From: a virus
DNA: 64,000 nucleotides
Virus record (IMG/VR): IMGVR_UViG_3300026549_001121
Coordinates: 1 to 64,000 of that record
Strand: one strand, 5' to 3'
Below, piece after piece: positions 20,746 through 30,443 of this stretch. Position numbers and translations under genes: made by a program. Each line of letters starts with the position of its first letter. Within the stretch, counting starts at the first letter, position 1. The notes under the pieces were generated by a model. The model did not search any database, had not been told where the DNA came from, and was given only the letters and a program-made list of their open reading frames with translations.

Positions 20746-21286
20746 TATTAATTTAAAAATTGTAAAAGAATATGTAGATAAAAAAGTTGCGGGAACTTTA
20801 ACTGGTAAATCTGCATATTAGATTGCAGTTGATAATGGCTTTGTAGGCACTGAATAGGAATGGTTAGCAGAAATAAAAAACTATGAGGAGTTAAATAATA
20901 AGCCTCAAATTAACAATGTCACCTTGTCAGGCAATAAAACATCGGATGATTTGAGCTTGCAAAGCAAACTAACCGCAGGAAATAACATCACAATCGAGAA
21001 CAATGTTATCTCAGCCGAGGGCGCGGATGTTTCAGGCAAGGCAGATAAGAGTTATGTTGATACTGAGCTCGCGAAAAAGGCGGATAAAACAGAAATTCCG
21101 ACTAAAATTTCAGCGTTTACAAATGATGTTGGCTATCTCACTCAACATCAGGATATTAGCGGTAAAGCCGACAAGTCCACCACCCTCTCAGGCTACGGCA
21201 TAACCAATGCGTACACCAAATCCGAGGTGGACGCGGCAATTCAAAACGCCATCGGCAACATTGAAACCCTGTTATCTCAGGTTTAA
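20738..21286 (+). CDS. tail fibre-like protein (2 TAG)
   Basis: SAY(Q)IAVDNGFVGTE(Q)EWLAEIKN and TNDVGYLTQHQDISGKADK repeats. Confidence 0.55.
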
Positions 21287-21298
21287 GGAGGCGGTATT

Positions 21299-23248
21299 TT
21301 GAGCATTTCAAGTGAAATTACACGAATCAAGACGAATATCGCAAACGCCTATACCGCCTGTGGCAATAAAGGCGGTACGCTTCCGCAAACGCAGAACAGC
21401 GCGAATCTTGCGGCGACCATCTCCGGCATCAGCGGCTCGGAAAATATCACGTGGCACCAGTGCCCGGAGGCAGTGCGCAATTACCTCGCGTATGTGGCGG
21501 CGCATCCGTATGATCCGAATGATTATAGTTATACATATATAACAAATTACGCACCATCTTCATCCGTTTCTGAAAACGTTAAGCCTATTGGGAAAGAGAT
21601 TGATGGAGTGACATTTTATGATAATGAACCAAACGTGGCCCTCCCCTTTTCTACAGCAAATAGTTCGGGTACACTTACAGCGATAGATAAACTTAGATGG
21701 TATAATACCACCCCAGCTCAGCCCGCCGAGGGAAGTATGTATTCAAGAGGGAGAAATACCCGAGATTTAGGTGGCTGGAACTGTGATGGGGGAACTATAA
21801 AATATGGAATATTAATCAGGGGAAGTGAGCCTAATCCTGTTGATAAAGAATTAATGGTTGATAAAATTGGTGTAAAAACCGAAGTGCAACTCTTACCCGT
21901 TAATGAGCAAGCGACTAATTATAAGAAAAAATCTGCCTGGGGAATAGATTGGGCTGGAAATGATACGGATAATGATTCTGTCTATAGTGTTAGTGATAGT
22001 CCAACACTATGGAAAAAGATTCTTAGTTCAATTTTTAATTCTGTGATACATAATAAGCCTGTTTATTTTCATTGTGGTGTTGGAGCAGATAGAACCGGAA
22101 TAATGGCTATGATGCTGGAAGGATTGCTTGGAGTAAGTCAAAGTGATATTGACCAAGATTTTGAATTAACAGATTTTGATTTGGGGTGGAAAACCTTAGA
22201 TGCGGGTATATATCGTTCTCGAGCATATAGTACATATGGAAGTGTTATATCCGCCATTAAAAGTATTCCCCTTGTAGGTGGTTTAACCGATAATTTTCGC
22301 AATCATTGTATATCATTTGTTTTATCACTTGGAATATCTCTTGATGAAATTAATGCTTTTCGTGCAGCATGTATTAATGGCACCCCTGAAACTATAACAG
22401 CTAATCTTTTATCTTATACTATTACTAAAAATGGGGAACATGTTTCTTTTAATAATAATGAGACAAGTATTAAAGAATTTCAAGGATACCAAACTGAAAT
22501 AACACCGGATTTTAGTTATGTTATAACAGATATAACTGTAATGATGGGAGGAAATAATATTACAAATTCTGTATTTTCCGGAACGGAGGCGTTAATCCGA
22601 CACGGTATTTCGAAAACTCTTAATAATTCAAGCATGGATAACACATCTGAAAAAGTTATAGATAATGAGAGCTATGCCGCAATTATTACGCCAGACGATA
22701 ATTATGCAATATCAAGCATTACGGTAACAATGGGTAATGTAGATATAACAGAAAATGCAGTAGTACTTATGAATGAGGAGGGAAAAATGAATTATTTAAA
22801 AGGCATTATTGCCATTCCAAAAGTAACCGGCAATATTGTAATAGCAGTAACAACAAAACCAATTCAATATGATAATTTATTTGATGAGAATACCGCATCC
22901 TATAACAGCAGGATTAGAGGGGTAGGCGCTGTCGGCACCAGCATCGGTCGCGTTGTGACCGCGCCGATTGACATTGCAAATATTTCAACGCTAACAGTAC
23001 AAGGCGTTACAACCGTTGTAAGTAATGACAACTCATATTTGAGGGCGGCTGCTTATAGCTCATCCAATGGCGGTGAAACGGATTACTTAGGTGTCATAAA
23101 CCTAGGCGCCAATACTTATACAGTTGATGTAGCTTCATTGAAAACCAGTTATCCTACAGCAACCCATGTAAGATTGGAACTTACACTGACTTATCCGAAC
23201 AATGTCACTAAAACTGATACAGCTAATCTTGTAATTTACGGTACATAA
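21299..23248 (+). CDS. tail fibre/receptor-binding protein with Y_phosphatase3 (PTP-like) domain, TTG start
   Basis: NTRDLGGWNCDGGTIKYGILIRG and HCGVGADRTG; GC-rich ends. Confidence 0.65.
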   Translation: MSISSEITRIKTNIANAYTACGNKGGTLPQTQNSANLAATISGISGSENITWHQCPEAVRNYLAYVAAHPYDPNDYSYTYITNYAPSSSVSENVKPIGKEIDGVTFYDNEPNVALPFSTANSSGTLTAIDKLRWYNTTPAQPAEGSMYSRGRNTRDLGGWNCDGGTIKYGILIRGSEPNPVDKELMVDKIGVKTEVQLLPVNEQATNYKKKSAWGIDWAGNDTDNDSVYSVSDSPTLWKKILSSIFNSVIHNKPVYFHCGVGADRTGIMAMMLEGLLGVSQSDIDQDFELTDFDLGWKTLDAGIYRSRAYSTYGSVISAIKSIPLVGGLTDNFRNHCISFVLSLGISLDEINAFRAACINGTPETITANLLSYTITKNGEHVSFNNNETSIKEFQGYQTEITPDFSYVITDITVMMGGNNITNSVFSGTEALIRHGISKTLNNSSMDNTSEKVIDNESYAAIITPDDNYAISSITVTMGNVDITENAVVLMNEEGKMNYLKGIIAIPKVTGNIVIAVTTKPIQYDNLFDENTASYNSRIRGVGAVGTSIGRVVTAPIDIANISTLTVQGVTTVVSNDNSYLRAAAYSSSNGGETDYLGVINLGANTYTVDVASLKTSYPTATHVRLELTLTYPNNVTKTDTANLVIYGT

Positions 23249-23251
23249 GAG

Positions 23252-23497
23252 GTGATTCCGTTGTCCGGAACCATCATCGTCGCCCTGCTGAGCCTGCTCG
23301 GTTCACTGGGCGGCACACTCGGCGGCATTGCGCTCAATTCCAAACTGAGCAACTACCGCATTGAACAGCTCGAAAAAAAGGTCGATAAGCACAACAACCT
23401 GATCGAGCGAATGTTCAAGGCGGAGGAATCTATCAACCTGCTCGACGAAAAAATCAAGGTTGCAAATCACAAGATTGACGACCTCGAAGAAAAATAA
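23252..23497 (+). CDS. membrane protein with coiled coil (holin/spanin-like?)
   Basis: N-terminal TM helix followed by heptad repeats. Confidence 0.35.
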   Translation: MIPLSGTIIVALLSLLGSLGGTLGGIALNSKLSNYRIEQLEKKVDKHNNLIERMFKAEESINLLDEKIKVANHKIDDLEEK

Positions 23498-23509
23498 GGA
23501 GGAATAAAA

Positions 23510-23617
23510 AATGAAAGAAAAATTTATCAAATGGTTAAAGGCGGCAGGAATTCGCGCACTTAAAACCGCCGCGCAAAAAGCCGAAGCATTTGATTATTTA
23601 ATAGGCGGTGAATAAAA
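23510..23617 (+). CDS. small protein (35 aa)
   Basis: AGGAGG RBS, …IRALKTAAQKAEA…. Confidence 0.3.
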
Positions 23618-23665
23618 AATAAAAAAAGGAGATACCTTATAAAAGGTATCTCCTTTTTTTATTTT
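23618..23665. terminator. bidirectional terminator between convergent blocks
   Basis: GGAGATACCTT ATAA AAGGTATCTCC followed by T7. Confidence 0.65.
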
Positions 23666-24169
23666 TTATTCAAAACATCCATATCCAACGGATCTAAAAT
23701 CTGAACAAGTCCAGCCGTTAATTTGCGGGATATCTTCATCATCTGGTAAAATCGTAATATTTGCTCCATATTGATTTAATAACCAAATAAAAGAGTATTC
23801 AACAAATTCTAAGCTGACATATGGATTTGGATATTTTTTTATAAAGTCATTGATATTGCGCATTGTATTATCAAAAATATCGTCAAGATCTAACATTTCT
23901 GATTCTTCTAAAATATCAATGGGCATATTATGGTCGATTAAGGCTTGCCAACACTCTGGAGATATTTTTGGTTCTCCATAGTTATTAGCATAATTATTGA
24001 AGAAATTCTCTCCATATTCTTGTCGTATTTTTTGTTGTGCTAGAGATATATCATCCATAGATTTAATATCAACTAAAACATCGTCATATTGACTATGCCC
24101 ATCGCCAGACCAGTCGCCAAAGGGTAAATATGCTTTCATAGTTTTTCTCCTTAAATTTTGAAAACTCAT
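23666..24169 (-). CDS. hypothetical protein
   Basis: 167-aa ORF. Confidence 0.5.
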   Translation of the reverse strand: MSFQNLRRKTMKAYLPFGDWSGDGHSQYDDVLVDIKSMDDISLAQQKIRQEYGENFFNNYANNYGEPKISPECWQALIDHNMPIDILEESEMLDLDDIFDNTMRNINDFIKKYPNPYVSLEFVEYSFIWLLNQYGANITILPDDEDIPQINGWTCSDFRSVGYGCFE

Positions 24170-24235
24170 TTTTCATTTGATTTTTCGGTTGTGCTGGGCG
24201 TCCGCGTCGCGAGCGGTTGAAAATACAAAATATTG

Positions 24236-25160
24236 GTTATATTGTTTTATGAATTAAATATTTATCCCCCATTAGCATATCAAGCGTTATATCATCTCGT
24301 TTCCAATAGGGAATTCTTACTAAAGGAATATTATGAGATAGAGCATATTCATTTTTTTCTTTATCTCTTTGTTGAATTTGCGCAAGGCTTTCTGGAGAAT
24401 TCCAAATTCCACTAATATTATCATAGTGCTGTTTACCATCAAATTCAATTAAACGAATTACTTTATTATTATTGTCTAGAATAGCAAAATCAAAACGTTT
24501 ATAATCTATTTCTTTAGTAGTCCATTCGGATTTAAAAGGTATATTATTTTGTTTTAAAATATTTTGAATATTATATTCTCCAATTGATCTTGTAATACAT
24601 CCGCAAGAATGAACGTTTCCACTTGTTAAAGATTGTGTCGTTTTAAAACAAATATTACCACAATCACACTTACATTCCCAAACAATTTTTTTATTTTTAC
24701 GCTAATCAGTTTTTCTTATAACAGTTAATTTTCCAAATTTTTGTCCTATTAAATTAAGACATTGTTTTTGTAATTTTTTGATATTGTAGCAGCCACAAGA
24801 ATGTATCATATTTTTTCGTGTTAAATTTGCTGTAGATCTATAACATATATTTCCACAATCACATTTACATTTCCAAATAACACTTCCAGATGAATCTCTT
24901 TTATTAGTTTTTTCTATGATAAATAAATTATCAAATTTTTGATTTATTAAATCATATACTTTTGGAGGGTGATCTTTTTTATAACAACCACAACTTTTAC
25001 TTTTCCCTCTGCGAAGACTTCCACCAGCAACATTTCTTATAGTTCCGCACTTACACTAACAGGTCCAATAGGTATCTCCATCATTTGTTTTTGTTCCAGA
25101 ATCCTTTAATACTGTCCAATAAGTATAAATTTTTCCAGTTAAATCTTGTTTTTTTGGCAT
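24236..25160 (-). CDS. Zn-ribbon repeat + DUF559/Vsr-like PD-(D/E)xK endonuclease (homing-endonuclease-like), 2 in-frame TAG
   Basis: Three W-x-C-x-C-D-C-G-N…S-C-G-C repeats, C-terminal …RFDFAI…IEFDGKQH…; TAGs align with K in sister repeats. Confidence 0.6.
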
Positions 25161-25276
25161 ATTATTTTTCCTTTCTTTTTTTTTATTAAGTTCGACAAGA
25201 TATCGTTCCCATAAAAATATAAAAATAAAAATAAAAGAAATAAAAAATCTTGTCCAAAAAAGACAAGATTTTTTAT

Positions 25277-26827
25277 TTATTTAATACAAGCATAACGTTC
25301 ACTGTTTAATTTATCCATAACAAGATCTAAAGCAGTTTTATTTTGCATGATTTGCTCAAACAGAACAGGCGACATACCACTAACAAAAGTGATATTGTTT
25401 TCTTGACGCATAGGAATATTATCACGATTACGAGAATTAACATTCCAAAAGATGAGATTAGGCATTCTATAACCAGCATTTTCCCACTTACGCTTGATAC
25501 CTTCCATCAAGGTCTCTTTTTCCGCTACATGAGAGCCAGAGTTTCCCCAGTACCAACGATGTCCACGAGCAGCGTCAAACTCCATATCAGAAATTATAAC
25601 AATGCTCTCAGGAAGATCATCTTGAGTACATCTATTCTGAATAGCTGTATTCAACAGCATATCAAAGGTAGCCTCAATATCAGTGTTTTCGCACAAGTTT
25701 GTACGATAGATACGCTCTACCTTATCGCAGAAATCGACACCATCTGTTTTAATTAGCTGAGGACGTGAGCTAAATGAAATATAGTGTCCAGCAAAAGGTC
25801 CTTTCGCCTTTTCAGCGCAGTAAAGACCAAGAGAAATCGCAACATTGATAGGTGCGGATTCATTGGTTCCCCACATGCTTCCACTGGTATCAACTACGCA
25901 AAGAGCGTTCAAGCTGGCATTCTTAAAGTAATCTTCAAGATTATCCCAGTATTTATTAATCATCAAACGCTCGGTATTATCCAGAGGAATATTGCTGTAA
26001 CGGTTGTAATAACCCATTCCTCTTGTAAGGTTATATGCCTTAGCAACAACCTCATAAGGATAAAGAGCTTTTGCGTTAACCTTAGTGGTTTTATCTTTTG
26101 CAAAGTCCTCATAAGACTGAACAATTCTTTCAGACTTCATACGCTCAATATCGTGACGTGCAAAGGCATTACGATAGATAATACCAGCACGAGAAGGAAT
26201 CTTATCAAATTCGATTTCATCCCAGCGCTGCGCAGACATCAAACGCTCAAGCAAACGAATACGCTCACGAAGTATAGAAAGAGTTTTTCTATACTCTTTA
26301 TGTGTCATCTTAAAGTGACGACGAGTAATATTCGCAAGGTTGCGAGAATCTTTTGAGCTGGTGTTCTCTGACTTTAGCCACTTAGCCAAAAGAGAGGGTG
26401 TCTTACACTGTACGTCAAGCGAAAGCTGACGATACATCAAATCAAAAGCTTCTCCCTCAAGAGGAGTTCCTACGAAGACATAAAGGTCGTCCCACCTCCG
26501 ATATTCAGGAATATATTTTAGGTTTCGACTCATAATTTCGGTATGTTCATTCGCAAGCCATTTAGTAATCACGCGAAAGAAACGACGTTCACCTTGTCCG
26601 CCTCTAATATCAGCGATATAAAAAAGGCATTTCATTGCATAAGTTTCATTTTCTTCAAAAGCCTTTTTAAAAAGATTAATACAGTCTATTTCGCTTCTGG
26701 TGCGATAAGAGGCTCCTAAGGAAAAAAGATCAAGCAATCCATTCATAGTTGAAGTTCTTGTTATCGCACCGTTTTCCGTAGTTGTAAAAAGGCTATCTTC
26801 TTTTAAAGCGTTCATAAATTTATTCAT
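25277..26827 (-). CDS. TROVE + vWA protein (Ro60-like or DUF2828-like)
   Basis: C-terminal vWA MIDAS motif VVDTSGSMWG; about 300-aa helical N-domain. Confidence 0.5.
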   Translation of the reverse strand: MNKFMNALKEDSLFTTTENGAITRTSTMNGLLDLFSLGASYRTRSEIDCINLFKKAFEENETYAMKCLFYIADIRGGQGERRFFRVITKWLANEHTEIMSRNLKYIPEYRRWDDLYVFVGTPLEGEAFDLMYRQLSLDVQCKTPSLLAKWLKSENTSSKDSRNLANITRRHFKMTHKEYRKTLSILRERIRLLERLMSAQRWDEIEFDKIPSRAGIIYRNAFARHDIERMKSERIVQSYEDFAKDKTTKVNAKALYPYEVVAKAYNLTRGMGYYNRYSNIPLDNTERLMINKYWDNLEDYFKNASLNALCVVDTSGSMWGTNESAPINVAISLGLYCAEKAKGPFAGHYISFSSRPQLIKTDGVDFCDKVERIYRTNLCENTDIEATFDMLLNTAIQNRCTQDDLPESIVIISDMEFDAARGHRWYWGNSGSHVAEKETLMEGIKRKWENAGYRMPNLIFWNVNSRNRDNIPMRQENNITFVSGMSPVLFEQIMQNKTALDLVMDKLNSERYACIK

Positions 26828-26873
26828 AATTAAAATCTCCTTTTTCTCTTAGTCTTATATCAAGACCGTAGTT

Positions 26874-27608
26874 TTATTTAATTAAATATTTATCGTTAAA
26901 AATTAAATCTATATTTAAATTATTCTTTTCCCAATAAGGAATTCTATATAATGGAATTGAATGTTTTAAACAATAATTATTTTTTATATTATCTCTTTTT
27001 TGTCTTTTTTCTAAAGAATCAGACCAAATTTTTTCTGTCTTTTTTAAGAAATGTTGCTCTCCATCGTATTCAATTAAACATTTAAGAGAATTATCTGAAT
27101 TAAAAATGGCAAAATCAAATCGAAGAAGAATATTGTTCTCACTTCTTAAATCATTAAAAGAATATTCTTTTTGATATAGAATATTATTTTCCTTTAGTAA
27201 TTTTTCTATCTATAACTCTCCAAAAGAGCTTCTAAGACATCCGCAACTAAGAGTATCTCCACGAGATAATTCCATTTGATTAACTATTGTTTTATTTCCA
27301 CAATCACATTCACAAAGCCATTGACTTCTAGACCTATTTGAACCTGCATACTTTAAAACTGTTAATTTCCCAAACCGTTGTCCAGTTAAATCTTGCAACA
27401 CTTTTCGACCATTTTTTTGAGCGGTTTCTGTCCTAAGGCAACCACAAGATCTACAAGTCCCCTATCTTAAACTTTCAGTTTTTACGACTTTTTGTTTTCC
27501 ACATTCGCACTAACATAACCACTAAGTTCTTTTTCCATTTTTTTCAGCTGGAGCAATAACTGTTAATCTTCCAAACTTCTAATTTAATAAATTTAATTTT
27601 TTTGGCAT
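26874..27608 (-). CDS. Zn-ribbon + DUF559-like endonuclease paralog (5 in-frame TAG)
   Basis: (Q)KFGRLTV / QRFGKLTV, WLC(Q)CECG / WLCECDCGN, …FDFAIF…IEYDGEQH; TAG aligns with Gln of the internal repeat. Confidence 0.6.
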
Positions 27609-27881
27609 ATAATATATACACTTCCTTTCATTATTATTATTGAAAATTTAAGTAAATATATTATAATCCATCGTCCAAAAAGAGTTATACTACTGCAAGA
27701 GGAATTATTTATATAATTGATATTTTTTGCTTATTTCATTTATTGGTTTTATAAGAAAAGTCATAGACGTATGGGAAATTTGTACGGCAAGCTTTTTCGG
27801 GAGACATACTCAAATCTTTTCTTGCTATAATTAACTAACACATTTCTATATCTATAAAATCTTTTCTTAACTTTTCTATAT

Positions 27882-27912
27882 ATATTATATAATATTTTTT
27901 TATAAGAATCAA
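27882..27912 (-). promoter_or_regulatory. promoter repeat copy
   Basis: Same motif. Confidence 0.55.
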
Positions 27913-28005
27913 AAAAGATTTTTTATTTTAAATATTAATCTTTATTTTATCAAATAAAAAAAATGAGAAGTTCTTTTAATTGTACTTCTCAAAAACAATG
28001 TTTGG

Positions 28006-28080
28006 TGCTAGTGACCGGACTTGAACCGGTATGAGGTTTTACCCCCGACGGATTTTCTTACTACTCTATGTCACCATAGC
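28006..28080 (-). ncRNA. degenerate tRNA-like element (T-arm CCGGTTCAAGTCCGG + CCA, weak acceptor pairing)
   Basis: Read by eye; partial copy of its 5' end at about 28440-28470. Confidence 0.35.
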
Positions 28081-28568
28081 CGTATTTCTACGTTGTAGTC
28101 TGGAGCACGTCTTTACCATATCATTTTGACACAAGAAATTAGTATCATTACACCGCATCTTTTTAAATTGATTTAGGTAGTTGGTGTATGCTCTCTACAC
28201 ATTTATAAATAATTGGCTGTTCCTCAAACTCCACTTAGTGCATTCTTATTAGGACTTTTCCAATAAGTATCAAAACTTTTGTGATTGTGCACATTTCGCC
28301 ATCATCATTTGCACACCAATTATTTAATTTAGCTCGGCGTTCTCTTAGCCATTCACCGAATTAGCCAACTTCTACTCTTATCGTTTCCAATAAGGCACTC
28401 TCTTTTAATGTCTGCTAAGTCGAAAGTCCGTTGTGTCTGCCTATTTCACCACACTAGCATATATTGGGCTTGGGCTATCTCGAGATTATAGCTTTGGTTT
28501 TTCTCGTTCACCACACAGCTTTCCAAATTAAGTTATATACTAATAACACCCTTTTTGACGTTAATTCC

Positions 28569-28847
28569 TTAAAGATAATATTCTTTCTCAGAGTCTATTA
28601 AAGATTCAAGCTTTTTTAAATCTTTAATATCCCAATTCTTTTTTCCCAATCTATGGAAACCTTGAAAATATCGTGAATTTGTTTTTGCCGCACAAAGAGG
28701 GCAAGAACAATGAATTTTATTTTTACTATATTGATGAAGGTTTTTATAAAACTCATAATCTCCGTAAATTATTTTACTAAGTTTCTTTTTACGAATAGCC
28801 TTAATCTTATTTTTATGTCTACGTTCAGCCGTAGCTCGATTCTTCAT
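28569..28847 (-). CDS. hypothetical basic Zn-finger protein
   Basis: ORF. Confidence 0.45.
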   Translation of the reverse strand: MKNRATAERRHKNKIKAIRKKKLSKIIYGDYEFYKNLHQYSKNKIHCSCPLCAAKTNSRYFQGFHRLGKKNWDIKDLKKLESLIDSEKEYYL

Positions 28848-28995
28848 AAAAACCCTCCTTATTTAATTGTACATACAAGACAGCTGAAAATATTTTATAG
28901 GAATTGAACCTACTTAGCTTTTTTTACCAGAAAAAGTGTGAAACCATATCACGAAAATATTCTTAAAAGAAAATTTGCTGTATCTGTCTTATTTA

Positions 28996-29071
28996 TGGCT
29001 CCGGTACTTTGGAATCGAACCAAGACTCGCGGGGTTAGAGCCCGCTGCACTAACCATTATACTATACCGGC
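28996..29071 (-). tRNA. suppressor tRNA, anticodon CUA (reads UAG), Gln-type
   Basis: Anticodon loop CUCUAAC; T-loop GGTTCGATTCC; G73 + encoded CCA; 1-72 mismatch and D-arm resemble tRNA-Gln(UUG) at 33247-33322. Confidence 0.8.
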
Positions 29072-29197
29072 GTATATAAAAAAAATATTATACCAAATAC
29101 GCTACACCCCAATATATAAAATTGAGAAATGCGTTTTATTATAATATCATAAGGTGCAGCATTTTTTATTACCTTTTCTAAAAACTCAATTTTTTCA

Positions 29198-29237
29198 TTT
29201 TCTATATATATTATATAATATTTTTTTATGAAAATCA
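29198..29237 (-). promoter_or_regulatory. promoter repeat copy (upstream of suppressor tRNA)
   Basis: Same motif. Confidence 0.6.
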
Positions 29238-29431
29238 ATTAAGATTTCTTATTTTCATCATTATTTTGTAATGATTTAAAATATTGTTCTTTTGTTCTTG
29301 ATTCTACGCTTGACATTTTAACCACAGAAAAAACAGCAATTATACCTAAAATACATCCAATACCAGATAAAATTGCTCCTATAATAGTTAAAATATACCA
29401 TAACATTAGTTATCACTCCCGCTTTATAAAT

Positions 29432-29505
29432 TGGAGCGAATAACGGGAATTGAACCCGCGTCATCTGCTTGGGAAGCAGAGATTCTACCATTAAACTATA
29501 TTCGC
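29432..29505 (-). tRNA. tRNA-Gly (CCC)
   Basis: Perfect acceptor GCGAATA/TATTCGC, loop UUCCCAA, U73, CCA. Confidence 0.75.
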
Positions 29506-29559
29506 AAAATGATAATAATTAGCTTTTAACCCAGAAGTCACCACGTGGAGGTTTATTAT

Positions 29560-29995
29560 CTTGACCTCTTGGACCTGGCGGGAGTCGAACCCGCGTCCGC
29601 AATTAATAATAAATATATTTGTTTACGTTGTTGAAGGTTAGCCAGCATATGAAAGCTACTCCACCACTTAATTTTTTAGTTTAAATTAAGAAAAAACGTT
29701 CTCAGTATTGTCGAACCTCAATAGCTATTACTGATACTTCACTATCTTTTGGCGACTGCTATCTCAAGCAGCCATTTTATAAGCACTATAATCAGCGTTT
29801 AATTTAAAAAGTTAATGATTACGTCATTACTCGAACGCAAATATATTGTTCTTAACTCCGTCGAAGCCATTACAAGCCCATATTATTTCACAAGGCGGGA
29901 ATATAAGATGTACAGGACTCGAACCTGTTGGATTTGTTTTACAGACAAATTGTGAACCGATCACTACAAATAAAGGATTGCTGTACCCGCCTTTT
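29560..29995 (-). ncRNA. ORF-free structured RNA region with tmRNA-like 3' terminus
   Basis: 3' end GGACGCGGGTTCGACTCCCGCCAGGTCCA resembles the E. coli SsrA 3' end as I recall it; 5' end GGCGGGTACAGCAAT…; several T-arm-like motifs; no canonical tRNA fold. Confidence 0.35.
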
Positions 29996-30000
29996 TTTAA

Positions 30001-30327
30001 TTAAATTTCGTTTTCAATTCTTTTTAGTTCATTATCAGCCTGAATAAGCTGATGATTAGCCTCAGTTAGATAAGCTGTCATTTTATCAATTCTGACTTGC
30101 GCACGGTCTCTCTCTGCTTTAGCCTTTTCTACTTCGGCATTAGCTCTCTTTGCTCTTTTTAGAGCAATTTTTAGGTTACAACGAGCCTGTGCTAGCTCCT
30201 CGCCCTTTTCTTGATTAAAATTGTCTCGGGGGTCGCATTTTGCCACACCTCGAACCGGTCTACCAGCATAAGAAGACACTGCAACAATTTTATTCTTTCC
30301 GTCATTGTAAAACTTATATTTACTCAT
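30001..30327 (-). CDS. hypothetical protein
   Basis: 108-aa ORF. Confidence 0.5.
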   Translation of the reverse strand: MSKYKFYNDGKNKIVAVSSYAGRPVRGVAKCDPRDNFNQEKGEELAQARCNLKIALKRAKRANAEVEKAKAERDRAQVRIDKMTAYLTEANHQLIQADNELKRIENEI

Positions 30328-30358
30328 AAGTTAATTCTCCTTTAAAATTTTATATATA

Positions 30359-30435
30359 TGGTACTCAAGAAGGGAATCGAACCCTTAAAATCTTGACTTT
30401 GAATCAAGCATGTATGCCAGTTCCATCACTTGAGC
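30359..30435 (-). tRNA. tRNA with CAA anticodon but short (type-I) variable loop
   Basis: Stem CTTGA/TCAAG, loop UUCAAAG, T-loop GGTTCGATTCC, A73-CCA. Confidence 0.55.
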
Positions 30436-30443
30436 ATATTATA

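Noticed and set aside
28421-28441. GAAAGTCC on plus strand resembling the RNase P P4 5' strand
   Set aside because: No matching ACAGAA/GGCTTA 3' strand or other M1-RNA landmarks nearby, and the strand is opposite to local transcription.
29560-29995. Calling this region a bona fide tmRNA gene
   Set aside because: No G3-U70 Ala-type acceptor, no 5' strand complementary to CAGGTCC, no tag reading frame ending in ALAA-like residues; kept only as a tmRNA-like terminus.
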